The position numbers were made by a program, and so were the translations under genes. From Neoechinorhynchus agilis (Eukaryota; Animalia; Acanthocephala), in assembly GCA_051530055.1 (NCBI GenBank), contig CM121341.1:5310784-5374783 (forward strand): DNA of 64,000 bases. The letters are read 5' to 3'. Position 1 is the stretch's first letter. Every line of letters begins with the position of its first letter. Positions 11,985 to 24,222 of this stretch are shown here, one piece after another. The notes under the pieces are model-generated. The model was given only the letters and a program-made list of their open reading frames with translations, made no database searches and had not been told where the DNA came from.

Positions 11985-13800
11985 GAGCGTGAGAATAAAG
12001 TAAAAGGATAAATAACCGGGAAAATATTTGGTTTGAATTGAAACCTCAAATAAAAGAGCGTGAGAATAAATATAAATAACCCACAAAAATAGAGTTGAAT
12101 TAAAAACTCAAATAAGAGAGGCCGAGGATAAAAAGGATAAATAACCCATAAAAAATAGAGTTTCAATTAAAACCTCAAATAAAAGAGGCCGAGAGTAAAT
12201 TAAAAGGATAAATAACCCACAAAAAATAGAGTTCGAATCGAAACCTCAAATAAAAGAGGCCGAGAATAAAGCAAAAGGATAATAACCCCAAAAAAATAGA
12301 GTTTTAATTAAAAACTCAAATAAAAGAGGCCGAGAATAAAGTAAAAGGATAAATAACCCACAAAAAATAGAGTTTTAATTGAAACCTCAAATAAAAGAGG
12401 CCGAGAATAAAGCAAAAGGATAAATAACCCACAAAAAAAAGAGTTTTAATTGAAACCTCAAATAAAAGAGGCCGAGAATAAAGCAAAAGGATAAATAACC
12501 CACAAAAAATAGAGTTTTAATTGAAACCTCAAATAAAAGAGGCCGAGAATAAAGCAAAAGGATAAATAACCCACAAAAAATAGAGTTTTGATTATAAAAA
12601 CTCAAATAAAAGAGGCCGAGAATAAAGCAAAAGGATAAATAACCCACAAAAAATAGAGTTTTAATTAAAAACTCAAATAAAAGAGGCCGAGAATAAAGTA
12701 AAAGGATAAATAACCCACAAAAAAGAGTTTAATTGAAACCTCAAATAAAAGAGCCGAGAATAAAGCAAAAGGATAAATAACCCACAAAAATAGAGTTTTA
12801 ATTGAAACTCAAATAAAAGAGCCCGAGAATAAAGCAAAAGGATAAATAACCCACTGGAAAAAGAGTTTTAATTGAAACCTCAAATAAAAGAGCCCGAGAA
12901 TAAAGCAAAAGGATAAATAAGCCACAAAAAATAGAGTTTGAATTAAAAACTCGAATGAAAGAGGCCGAGAATAAAGTCAAAGGATAAACAACACACAAAA
13001 AATAGAGTTTGAATTAAAAACTCAAATAAAAGAGGCCGAGAATAAAGTCAAAGGATAAATAACCCACAAAAAATAGAGTTTTAATTAAAACCTCAAATAA
13101 AAGAGGCCGAGAGTAAATTTAAAGGATAAATAACCAACAAAAATAGAGTTGAATTAAAAACTCGAATGAAAGAGGCCGAGAATAAAGCAAAAGGATAAAT
13201 AACCCACAAAAAATAGAGTTTTAATTGAAACCTCAAATAAAAGAGGCCGAGAATAAAGCAAAAGGATAAATAGCCCACTGGAAAAAGAGTTTTAATTGAA
13301 ACCTCAAATAAAAGAGCCCGAGAATAAAGCAAAAGGATAAATAACCCACAAAAAATAGAGTTTTAATTAAAAACTCAAATAAAAGAGGCCGAGAATAAAG
13401 CAAAAGGATAAATAACCCACAAAAAATAGAGTTTGAATTAAAAACTCAAATAAAAGAGGCCGAGAATAAAGCAAAAGGATAAATAAGCCACAAAAAATAG
13501 AGTTTGAATTAAAAACTCGAATGAAAGAGGCCGAGAATAAAGTCAAAGGATAAATAACCCACAAAAAATAGAGTTTTAATTGAAACCTCAAATAAAAGAG
13601 ACCGAGAATAAAGTAAAAGGATAAATAGCCCACTGGAAAAAGAGTTTTAATTGAAACCTCAAATAAAAGAGCGTGAGAATAAATTAAAAGGATAAATAAC
13701 CCACAAAAAATAGAGTTTGGATTATAAAAACTCAAATAAAAGAGGCCGAGAATAAAGTAGAAAGATAAATAGCCCACTGGAAAAAGAGTTTTAATCGAAA
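11985..13800. repeat. Tandem array, ~71-bp unit, ~25 copies, between POLR3B and BRF1 starts
   Basis: Unit AATAAAGCAAAAGGATAAATAACCCACAAAAAATAGAGTTTTAATTGAAACCTCAAATAAAAGAGGCCGAG. Confidence 0.97.
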
Positions 13801-13940
13801 ACTATAAGAACGATGCTGGTACAACGTTTCTCCGATCGATATTTTTGATGCTTTGTTTTCCTTCGCTGCCGAGGCGTGAACGATGCGTGAATATTCGACG
13901 AAAGAACGAAAACGCACTCTTTGCCGCCGTTTTCTCCGCG

Positions 13941-14012
13941 TGCATTCGCGGGTGTCGAACCCGCTTATTTGGTGCGCAGCCGCGGCGCTCATTCCGTCTG
14001 CGCAGCGAATCC
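13941..14012 (-). pseudogene. tRNA-like sequence (tRNA pseudogene or SINE head) with A- and B-box
   Basis: 72 nt; D-arm GCGC-AGACGGAATGA-GCGC, T-arm GCGGG-TTCGACA-CCCGC, 6/7 acceptor pairs, but the anticodon stem pairs only 2/5. Confidence 0.45.
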
Positions 14013-14299
14013 TGTAAGTGCGCATTATCGTGTATTTTAATTGGACGACGGAATCAAAATTTTGCGGATTGTTTATGCTGATTATGGAATTTCACTTCCC
14101 CCGAAATCCCATACGATTCTCGTTCCTTAGAAAAGTAGTCTTCAAAATGGTGACTGTTTTCGTCCACAAAAAGGTTCATCATAGGCACACAATCATTTCA
14201 ATTTCTCTACACTCCATAAAAACAACCAATAATTTTATTATTTCGTCCTCATTTCTGAAGAAATCCCACGCCAGGGACGAAATATTAAATAAAATTACT

Positions 14300-14915
14300 A
14301 ATTGTTTTATATGGCGCTTAAAGAAATTAAAATGATGATTTTGGTTTTAAAATCGCCAATTGGTTTCGGATGCACACAATCTTCTAAGTCCTTCGTTTGA
14401 TCAAGGCTTCATCGCAAGTTTATCAACTTGACGCGCAAAAAACACAAATGAACATGATTGGCTGAATTTTAAAAACGAAGATAGCCTTGTAGCCAATAAC
14501 GTTTTTTATGACCAATATTTGAATCGTTTTTGTGATTAGAAATTAAACGATGATTTTGTTTGTTTTAAAACTGCCGATTGATTTCGAAGGCACAGAATCT
14601 CTATTAAATGAAGGCCTTAGAAGATTGTGTGCCTTCGAAATCAATCGGCAATTTTAAAACCAAAATCATCATTTAATTTCTTCGAACAATAATTGACGAG
14701 GCGAGGTTTCCAATTTCGAATACAATAAAATGATTTCTGGTTGTTTTATATGGCGCTTAGAGAAATTAAACGATGATTTTGTTTTAAAACTGCCGATTGA
14801 TTTCGAAGGCACAGAATCTCTATTAAATGAATGCCTTAGAAGATTGTGGTTTTTCAAAATCAATCGGCAGTTTTAATTTCTTCACGCCAAAAACAACCAA
14901 AATATGAACAATTCG
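14300..14915. mobile_element. Cluster of fold-back (MITE-like) repeats upstream of BRF1
   Basis: Hairpin AAACTGCCGATTGATTTCGAAGGCAC...GTGCCTTCGAAATCAATCGGCAATTT (~14568-14655), second copy ~14785-14878, diverged copy at ~14325; homologous to 32143-32240 and 56761-56835. Confidence 0.65.
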
Positions 14916-14973
14916 CTCATTCGACGTGCTGAAGACCGTCTTCTTTTTTCAGAACCTCGATAAATCCTTAGTG

Positions 14974-17301
14974 ATGAACACAATCGTCTGCCCGAAATGC
15001 GGACTCTCGAACACTCAAGTTGACGACAAACGCGGAACACTTTCATGTTTATCTTGTGGAGGTCTTAGTGCCCTTGGGAATTTACGAGCGGATGTAGAAT
15101 TCGAGGAACTGAACACCGGTCGTCATGTTGCCGTTGGTAGTCGTCTTAGAGAAAACCAGCGAGGAATTTCCAGTGGACTTAGAGATCATTTCGCATCCAA
15201 TCAGCCAAGTTCTGAAGTAACTTTATACAACGCCAAGAAAGTGATTGAGAAAGTAGCTCGTCAATTAGACCTTGACCGTGAGATCGAAGTGGCCTACAAT
15301 TTCTACAAACTTGCTCTTCAACACAGCATTACTCGAGGTCATAAAGTCAAATACATGGCAGCCTCCTGCCTTTACATTGCAACTCGTCTTCGAGGCACTC
15401 ATCAAATGCTTCTCGATTTTTGCGATGTGGTCGACGCAAATGTAACCATTTTAGCGAAATGCTACATGAAGATCCTTATGGCTCTTTGTATGACCTTACC
15501 ACCCGTAGATCCTAGCATTTACATTCCACGATTTGTTCATAAGCTAAAACTTGATAATCTCGATAAAATGAATGTTACTCAAACTGCACTTAGGATATGC
15601 CAACGAATGAAAAGGGACTATATGTCAACTGGAAGGCGTCCATCGGGATTATGTGGAGCGGCTATTCTACTTGCTGCTCGGGTTCATGGACTTAATATTG
15701 CTTTTAATTCAATCGCACGCGTAGTCAAGATTAGCGAAACGGTTGTTAGGACACGACTAAGGGAGTTCGAGGAAACTCATGCTGCTGCGATGAGTATTAA
15801 TGAACTTCTGAACGTTGAGGATGGATCGGAAGGTGATAAAGCCATAAAGGAATGCGACCCACCTGCGTTCACTCGATCCCGAGAAATTGATTGTTTGCTA
15901 AAAGTGAGTCCCAAATCATTGTGGCTCCGTCATTCCGAGGAATTTCGCTATCTTCTAAAAAAAAGTTCGTCCCTCTTAGTTCTGAAGCTTTGCAATACAC
16001 TTTTCGACGAACGGTAAAAGCCTAACAAACGATTACAGAAAATGCAGAATAAAAGATCTTTTTTGCAAAATCATGGAAACATCATGGACAAAACAGAATT
16101 CAGAACTCTCAAGGCGAGTTTAGTTTTTGGCCAAGGATCCAGGGGAAATTCTCAACATCAGGGACGAACTTTCTCCTATTTACGCTTCTTTGTAGATTCT
16201 TAAGGGAGTCGTAAGACATCGAAACCTCTCGGAAGTAAAGATTTTCTTTTAATCACAAAAACAACGAGTATTTCACAATACTTGTAGATATTTTAAATTG
16301 GTTTTACTAAATAACGATTTTAGCGTCTTGCTTAAAATTTGGAATTTAAAGACTTTGCCACCTCTTTTTGACCACGAATGCAGAAAATGTCCACAATGAT
16401 TCGAAATTATGTTTAGGAGAAGTTGTCCGATATAAATCAGCCGGAATATTTTGAGAAGCATTTAGCCAAGATTGAAAGAGAAATTGAAGATGCTGTGAAG
16501 ACTTTAGAGATAAAGGCAAGAACACGAGTTCTGAAGGAAGAAGTGATTCAAAAATTTAAAGATGGTGAGTGAGTTTTTCAACAGGGAATAGCTTCAAATG
16601 TCTAAAAGATTTTAAGGGATACGATTCAGATGATCCAGAAATGGACGAGATAAAGGAAATACTTGATCCATCGGAGCTCAATTTAGTCGAAGGCCGCGAT
16701 GAAAAAGTGAAATTCGAAGAAGACGATGAGTTGTCAGGACTCGACGACGATGATATCGATAAATATATTTTGAAAAAAAATGAGGCTAAGCAAAAAGCCA
16801 AAGTGTGGCTTAAGACGAATGCATCGTGGCTAAAACAACAGCGTTTGAAGAGGTTAGCGGAAGAGGAAGATGAAGCAGCACAGGTTCTTGATCCTTTATA
16901 TAAGCCAAAACGAAAAAATGTAAGTTCATATCTTCTATAGAGTTTCAATATTTTTTAAGGCGAGGAAAAATAAATCAGATCAAAGACGTCGTTCAATAGT
17001 CAAAGCCAAACTTGCGTTTCTTGAAGAGCTAGACATAAATCTGAATGAGTTTAAGGAAGAGGAAACAAAGGTAAACGAGAGCACACCTTCTCTTTGAATA
17101 TCGCTGCATTTATAGCAAACAGCTGAAACTATTGAAGTGGCTGAGCCATCGAAGAATGAACCTACCAACGAAGATTCAGTTGAAATTGGGTCAATACACG
17201 AAGAGTCCGGAGAATTGGGGACCATTGAGGAAGTCAATGTAAATCCAGCGGATGATGTCGACGAAGAAGATGAGGAATACAATCCATTTCATTTCTTATA
17301 A
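14974..17301 (+). CDS. BRF1: TFIIIB subunit BRF1; exons 14974-15903, 16417-16564, 16609-16919, 16960-17070, 17116-17301
   Basis: Zn ribbon CPKCG...CLSCG, TFIIB cyclin folds (TGRRPSGLCGAAILLAAR), ECDPPAF, and the Brf1 homology block ELSGLDDDDIDKYIL...KAKVW; four GT-AG introns join in frame. Confidence 0.93.
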
Positions 17302-17589
17302 GATTAAGTTTTGTCTAAATAAAAAAAGGAATTTGAGGATACTGTGAAAAATATTCAAGTTTAGGTGTTCTGCTTGGATTTCTCAAAGTCTTGTGTTTAT
17401 TAGTGATTCGAAGTTTTTTTATGGTTATCTGAAAAAAAAATCGTCAATGAAATTTCTCGGCCTTTCTATGCGATAAGCCAAATTAAAATGGTCATTTAAA
17501 TCTTTAACACGTCGGATAAGAAGCATGAAAATTCGTAAATCTTTCACGGATCAAATGTGATGAATTTCCGATGATTAACAGCGGTCACA

Positions 17590-18130
17590 TAACTTTCGAT
17601 TTCAGATCACTTGATACTTTTTTCGATTGTCCTTATTTTGAAAAAATGTATTAATTTTTGAACCAATATTTCGGAGATCTTTTTTTTCAGAGTAGATTCT
17701 TGATCGTATCGGCAAAAATCGATTTGTTCAAAAGCATGTTGATCTGTTGGTGGATTATCGACTGATTTCTCCGAACAAATCCCTTTTCAAAGAAATTCGC
17801 TCAGATTTTGCTTAATTGTCTCAAGCACAACGAACTGAACTTGACGATTAGTGCAGAATAAAAATTGCTAAAATAAGAACAATCAAAAAGATAACATGCA
17901 ATTGAGAAATCAGTCGATAATCCACCAACAGATCAACATGCTTTTGAACAAACCGATTTTTGCCGATACGATCAAGAGGCTAAAATCGTTGGAACAACCT
18001 TTGTAGATCGCGTACTTTCAGAACCCTGAAAAAAAGGATTAAAACTCCGAAATATTGGATCAAAATAAATAAAAAAATTCACACAAAGATAACATGCGTT
18101 TGAGAAATCAGTCGATAATCCATCAATTTG
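17590..18130. mobile_element. Inverted-repeat (MITE-like) element, ~75-bp arms 17698-17770 / 17904-17977, extra partial arm at ~18085-18125
   Basis: Near-perfect reverse complement arms; shares AAAGA(T/A)AACA..(G)TTTGAGAAATCAGTCGA with POLR3B intron 1. Confidence 0.7.
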
Positions 18131-18733
18131 AGCCTTTAAGAAAAGCTCTGAGTGAAATTCTTGCTTCAATTATAGGCCGTGTTAACGTGATTCATCTTCA
18201 GCATTTACAACCTTTCATTTTCTAAGAAAATCATGTAAAATCGACGCATAAATTCTATCGAAAGTTTTTAAAAACATTTACATTTTCTGTAACAATTTAA
18301 ATGATATACATTTTTATCCATATTTGTGTTTTTCGCCACAATTCCATTTTGTTTTTAATACTCTTTTCAAGTTGAACAAGTTTGAACGTCCTCTAAACAA
18401 TGACTCAGAAGGTCGTTCTTAAAAATAATATTGAAAAATGCTCATGATTGTTGCGACAAAAATTATGTAAATTCATTTAATCGATATTTCGGCTCAATCC
18501 AAAGCCTTTATTAAGATTGATTGTAAGTGTTTAAATATTCGAACAGAGAAATATCGATTCAATAAATTTACATAATTTCAAAGGACCACAAAAACTTTAT
18601 ATGAACCAAACGGAAATATATTTAACCATCGGATTAAAGTATCGACAAGCAACTGTTTGAAGATTAGTTGGGAAAAAGCGAATGAACATCCTCAGAGAAA
18701 GATAATGAAAAATGTAAGAATTTTTAAGTGACT

Positions 18734-19244
18734 TTATGGGACAATTTCAGCTTTGATTTGATAGCATATGATAATGTTTCCATATTCATCCTTGACGGTA
18801 TAATCGACTACGTTTTTTCCGAATGGATATATCGGTTCAACAACGATATGGTGAACAACAGTGCATTGGCCATTTCTGCAACTAGAATGAACGTATCCCG
18901 GATCGGCTGGAATTTCAATTTCGTCGCCATCCACTACGCCATTTGTAGAAACTTGATATTCTTGGCGTTCTCCCTCTAAATAAAATAAAGCAACAATCAA
19001 TCTTTACTTCTTACCAAATGTTGTTCTTAGCTCTACTACATCGCCATGTCTCAAAGTGCATGTGCCATCTTCACTTAAATTCGGACAACCTCGGATATTT
19101 ACTGCTTTTAAAACGGATCTTGGACCTAAAAAAATTTGGAGGGCGAAAAAGTCAAATGTGAAAACCTCCGCAGTATCCAACTTTGTCCCACACATCAGCG
19201 GAGGCGAAACTAAGAATTGTAAAAGTAACGAACGACAGGAGCAT
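18734..19244 (-). CDS. Secreted ML-domain (NPC2/MD-2-like) lipid-binding protein, 3 exons
   Basis: Signal peptide MLLSFVTFTILSFASA, then YCGG..VLKAVNIRGC...C...C..C...VKDEYGNIIICYQI; two short GT-AG introns; upstream TATATAAG. Family call from Cys spacing and C-terminal motif only. Confidence 0.65.
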
Positions 19245-19296
19245 CGGAGGTGGGAGAATAAGAGTGATAGTTTCTGAGCTTATATAGAACAGGCTA

Positions 19297-21577
19297 AATC
19301 TATAAAATAGTTTCCTCGGTAGGACAAACGTAATCCATAATCAGGTGTCCTACTAGTAATCATCTCTTGCAAAAATGACGGGAGATTTTGTCGTTTTGAC
19401 AGATCCTTTGAGCCTATTACGCACCTCAAGGGATCCACGCAAACAGATTTTGTACCTTTCGGATGTATTTTGTTTTTTTTGAATAAATTTTTAAGAAATT
19501 ACATTGAAAATTCTATCCTAATATGTAGAAAATAAGCGCAGACTTTTATCACATATTAAGGAAAATTTAAGGAAAATGATGGAATATTTGCGCTGAAAAA
19601 CACACGCAATTCATTTGAAGGCTTTAAAAATCTATAAAATAGTTTCCTCGGTAGGACAAACGTAATCCATAATCAGGTGTCCTACTAGTAATCATCTCTT
19701 GCAAAAATGAAATTTTGTCTTTTGACAATCCTTTGAGCCATTACCACCTCAAGGGATCCACGCAAACGATTGATTCAGTATTTTGTTTTGAATGAATTAA
19801 GAAATTACATTGAAAATTATCCTAATATGGAAATAAGCGCAGACTTTTATACATATTAAGAAAATTAAGAAATGATGGAATATTTGCGCTGAAAAACACA
19901 CGCAATTCATTTGAAGGCTTTAAAAATCTATAAAATAGTTTCCTCGGTAGGACAAACGTAATCCATAATCAGGTGTCCTACTAGTAATCATCTCTTGCAA
20001 AAATGACGGGAGATTTTGTCGTTTTGACAGATCCTTTGAGCCTATTACGCACCTCAAGGGATCCACGCAAACAGATTTTGTACCTTTCGGATGTATTTTG
20101 TTTTTTTTGAATGAATTTTTAAGAAATTACATTGAAAATTCTATCCTAATATGTAGAAAATAAGCGCAGACTTTTATCACATATTAAGGAAAATTTAAGG
20201 AAAATGATGGAATATTTGCGCTGAAAAACACACGCAATTCATTTGAAGGCTTTAAAAATCTATAAAATAGTTTCCTCGGTAGGACAAACGTAATCCATAA
20301 TCAGGTGTCCTACTAGTAATCTCTCTTGCAAAATGACGGGAGATTTTGTCGTTTTGACAGATCCTTTGAGCCTATTACGCACCTCAAGGGATCCACGCAA
20401 ACAGATTTTGTACCTTTCGGATGTATTTTGTTTTTTTGAATGAATTTTTAAGAAATTACATTGAAAATTCTATCCTAATATGTAGAAAATAAGCGCAGAC
20501 TTTTATCACATATTAAGGAAAATTTAAGGAAAATGATGGAATATTTGCGCTGAAAAACACACGCAATTCATTTGAAGGCTTTAAAAATCTATAAAATAGT
20601 TTCCTCGGTAGGACAAACGTAATCCATAATCATCTACTAGTAATCATCTCTTGCAAAATGAGGAGATTCAACCGAGCCATTACACCTCAAGGATCAACAG
20701 ATTTTGTACCTTTCAGTATTTTGAATTTAAACATTGAAAACTATCCTAATATGTAGAAAATAGCGCAGACTTTTATCACATATTAAGGAAAATTTAAGGA
20801 AAATGATGGAATATTTGCGCTGAAAAACACACGCAATTCATTTGAAGGCTTTAAAATCTATATAGTTTCTCGGTAGGACAAACGTAATCCATAATCAGGT
20901 GTCCTACTAGTAATCATCTCTTGCAAAAATGACGGGAGATTTTGTCGTTTTGACAGATCCTTTGAGCCTATTACGCACCTCAAGGGATCCACGCAAACAG
21001 ATTTTGTACCTTTCGGATGTATTTTGTTTTTTTTGAATGAATTTTTAAGAAATTACATTGAAAATTCTATCCTAATATGTAGAAAATAAGCGCAGACTTT
21101 TATCACATATTAAGGAAAATTTAAGGAAAATGATGGAATATTTGCGCTGAAAAACACACGCAATTCATTTGAAGGCTTTAAAAATCTATAAAATAGTTTC
21201 CTCGGTAGGACAAACGTAATCCATAATCAGGTGTCCTACTAGTAATCATCTCTTGCAAAAATGACAAGGGAGATTTTGTCGTTTTGACAGATCCTTTGAG
21301 CCTATTACGCACCTCAAGGGATCCACGCAAACAGATTTTGTACCTTTCGGATGTATTTTGTTTTTTTTGAATGAATTTTTAAGAAATTACATTGAAAATT
21401 CTATCCTAATATGTAGAAAATAAGCGCAGACTTTTATCACATATTAAGGAAAATTTAAGGAAAATGATGGAATATTTGCGCTGAAAAACACACGCAATTC
21501 ATTTGAAGGCTTTAAAAATCTATAAAATAGTTTCCTCGGTAGGACAAACGTAATCCATAATCAGGTGTCCTACTAGT
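19297..21577. repeat. Tandem array, ~330-bp unit, ~7 copies, covering the upstream region of the ML gene
   Basis: Unit starts ~19297, 19628, 19924, 20255, 20584, 20853, 21181, 21518; internal IRs GATCCTTTGAG/CTCAAGGGATC and GTAGGACA/TGTCCTAC. Confidence 0.97.
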
Positions 21578-22493
21578 CTATTTTTTTTGCAATGGCAAAT
21601 AATTTCGACATCTTTATTTAACGTTCCAATTCTGGGCAACAACGCAATAAAATTTTACGCGTTTGGTCATCTTTGATTTGCGGTCGTTATTAACATGGAG
21701 CGAATCATGAGTGAGAAAATGATGCGTGTAGATCGCATGCTGAACGTAATTAATTTTTAGAGTTCAAATATTTAATGTTTCTTCATAAACGTTCAACAAA
21801 ATTAAAGTCGATCGTCCAACTTCATGGAGCGACTTATAATTTCTATGATAAAATCGATACGTTTACATATGAGGATGTTCTTTAAAAGTTTTTATCCTAT
21901 AAATAATTTTTTAAGGCGTTTCAAACTTCACCGGATTCATCGTGAACAGAATAACCATTTCATTTCTCTCTTTCTGGTTCTTTTTTTTGGAAGTGATGAT
22001 AATAAAAAAATTATTAATACTTCGTTTAAATCGAGGATTGCATTCGGGTTTGGTAGGATATGTTTTTATTTAGGACTCAAGGGAGATAGACTTAAAGACG
22101 AATATATCAGTCATTGTCAATTTAATGTATTGGAATTATTATTTATCAAAAAGAAGTTCTGCGAACGACGTCGGGTTCATCATCAGTTCTAAAATACAAT
22201 TAAGTAGTTATTTAATCGAAATAATCATTTACCCATTCCAAATTACAGAGGAATTTGTCACAACACTCACGACATGATTCTGGTCGCTTTGACTCGTGGG
22301 AACCCGAGATCGTAGATCAATGGAAATAATCTCCGGTCGACACAACTTCACTTAAATTTAAAAAATTCAAAAATCTGTAACGTTTATTCTTCGATACTAA
22401 ATGAACAGATGACGTGAGTTAGCTCAGTAAAACACTTGAGATACAAACATAGCACCTAAACACGCTCCTCAAAGAATGAGCCAACTTCATAAA

Positions 22494-22823
22494 CTATTCA
22501 TAGACGACAAACTTCCTAGAGCGCATTTGAAGCTTATCGTATTTAATCTGATGTAAAGGGTTCCTCGGACAATAAAGATATTGATTCCCTTGATTCGTAG
22601 ATCTTCCGGACTGCTGTTTTGGTCCTCTGAAACCCCTGAGATTGTGCCCTCCATCGTATTTTTCGTCGAAGCAATCATCATAGCTACACCATCCACTACG
22701 AATCAAGGACGCAAAAATGCGATCACGTAACCAAACGATTTTTGAAGTTGGATTAATGCTTGATTTACCCAGCGAAATATCGCAATAAATCAATATCTTT
22801 ATTGTCCGGAGAGTAGGAATCAC
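22494..22823 (-). CDS. Possible small unknown gene divergent from the lipase (may continue to ~22000 through introns)
   Basis: 109-aa ATG ORF with coding-like composition; no recognised domain. Confidence 0.25.
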   Translation of the reverse strand: MIPTLRTIKILIYCDISLGKSSINPTSKIVWLRDRIFASLIRSGWCSYDDCFDEKYDGGHNLRGFRGPKQQSGRSTNQGNQYLYCPRNPLHQIKYDKLQMRSRKFVVYE

Positions 22824-22869
22824 CTCAACAACACTTATCGTATTTGTTATCGAAAAAAGGGCATTCTAG

Positions 22870-24222
22870 ATGACACGGGCCGTTATCTTGATTTATATTC
22901 TGTCAATTTGTAACATCTCGTTTGCTCTATATCCAGTTGTGCTCATTCCGGGTTACATTGGATCTCAAATAGAAGCTAGCCTAAACGACACTTTTTGTCA
23001 TTACAATTTCTGCAGCAAAAACTCTGATTGGTTTACCATTTTCTTTGATCTTCGATATTTAATGCGACCACTAATTGATTGGTTTGTGGATAAAATGCGT
23101 TTGGTGTATGATCGAGAGACTGGTTTGACGAGGAATAGAGACGGCGTCAATATTCGCATTCCAGGATTCGGAGACACAAAAACAGTTGAGCATCTCGATC
23201 CTGACAAAACTATCTTTTCGTCCTATTATGCAGCAATAGTTAATCGACTTGTTAGAAAACTAACGCTCGAGCATGGGCTTCACATCAGTGTTCTAGCAAA
23301 CACAAAAAATTATCAAAATTCTTTGTTTTTTTAAAAAGTGTACAGCCCATATTCGAGCCAAAGGTTATGAACGCGGTAAGAGTATTCATGGTGCTCCGTA
23401 TGACTTTCGAAAGAGTCCATTTGAACTTGAGGAGTATTTTGAGTCACTAAAGAACTTGATTGAGTCTACCTATCAGAGAAATGAGCACAAACCTGTTGTT
23501 TTAATCGGTCACAGTATGGGTGGCAATAACGGTCTATTTTTCCTACAAAATCAAAGTTCATCATGGAAATCAAAGTATATAAAGTCGTTCATAACACTCG
23601 GTACTCCGTGGATTGGAGTAGTACAAATGATCCGCTCAATTGTATCAGGAGATAACAACAACATAAATGTTATTGATCCACAAAAGCTTACATTTGAGTA
23701 AATTTTTTTGGGGAGGGGGAGACATAAATTCGCTCATAAGATCGCCCTTTTCTAAGATCTCCAAGCACTGTATTCTTATTACCTTCGCCTGAACACTGGG
23801 ACAATAAAGAAGTGTTAATCTACGGCGCAAAACGAAACTACACGGTCAATGATTTAAAGCAAATCTTCGAGGATATAGGCTATGAAGACGGTCTGAATAT
23901 GTGGACCAGGATGAAAGGCAAATATGATCCAACTATTGCTCCCGATGTGGAATCCCACATCATTTATAGCACGGAAATGCTAACCCCGATAGCATATATC
24001 TATAAAACTGGTCCCAACGATTGGTATAATCGTACTCCCGTTGTTCTTTTCGGAGATGGAGATGGCTCTTGTACTACCAATACTTTGAAGTTTCCAATCG
24101 ATCACTGGAAACAAACATCTCCCGTTTTCTCATTGGAAGTGAAGCGATGTGAACATGTAATGCTGTTATCGGATACTCGGGCAATTGACGAAATTGAACG
24201 TCTAATACGCTCATATGGATAA
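22870..24222 (+). CDS. LCAT / lysosomal phospholipase A2 (PLA2G15)-like lipase; exons approx 22870-23253, 23357-23697, 23757-24222
   Basis: Signal peptide, PVVLIPGYIGSQIEA, GAPYDFRK, lipase elbow IGHSMGG, GDGDG and H of the triad (CEHVMLL). First intron boundary non-canonical. Confidence 0.88.

Noticed and set aside
11975-13777. Hydrophobic ORFs on the minus strand of the 71-bp array
   Set aside because: By-product of a T-rich repeat with a non-triplet period.
19100-19165. GA-AG intron in the first ML gene
   Set aside because: A GT donor three bases later gives YCGG in frame and matches the paralogue's canonical intron.
23680-23760. Non-canonical reading of lipase intron 2 (KL|RPFLRS)
   Set aside because: A strong GTAAAT...TTTTCTAAG intron (23698-23756) is in frame; the alternative aligns slightly better but is not needed. 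Worth checking in cDNA.
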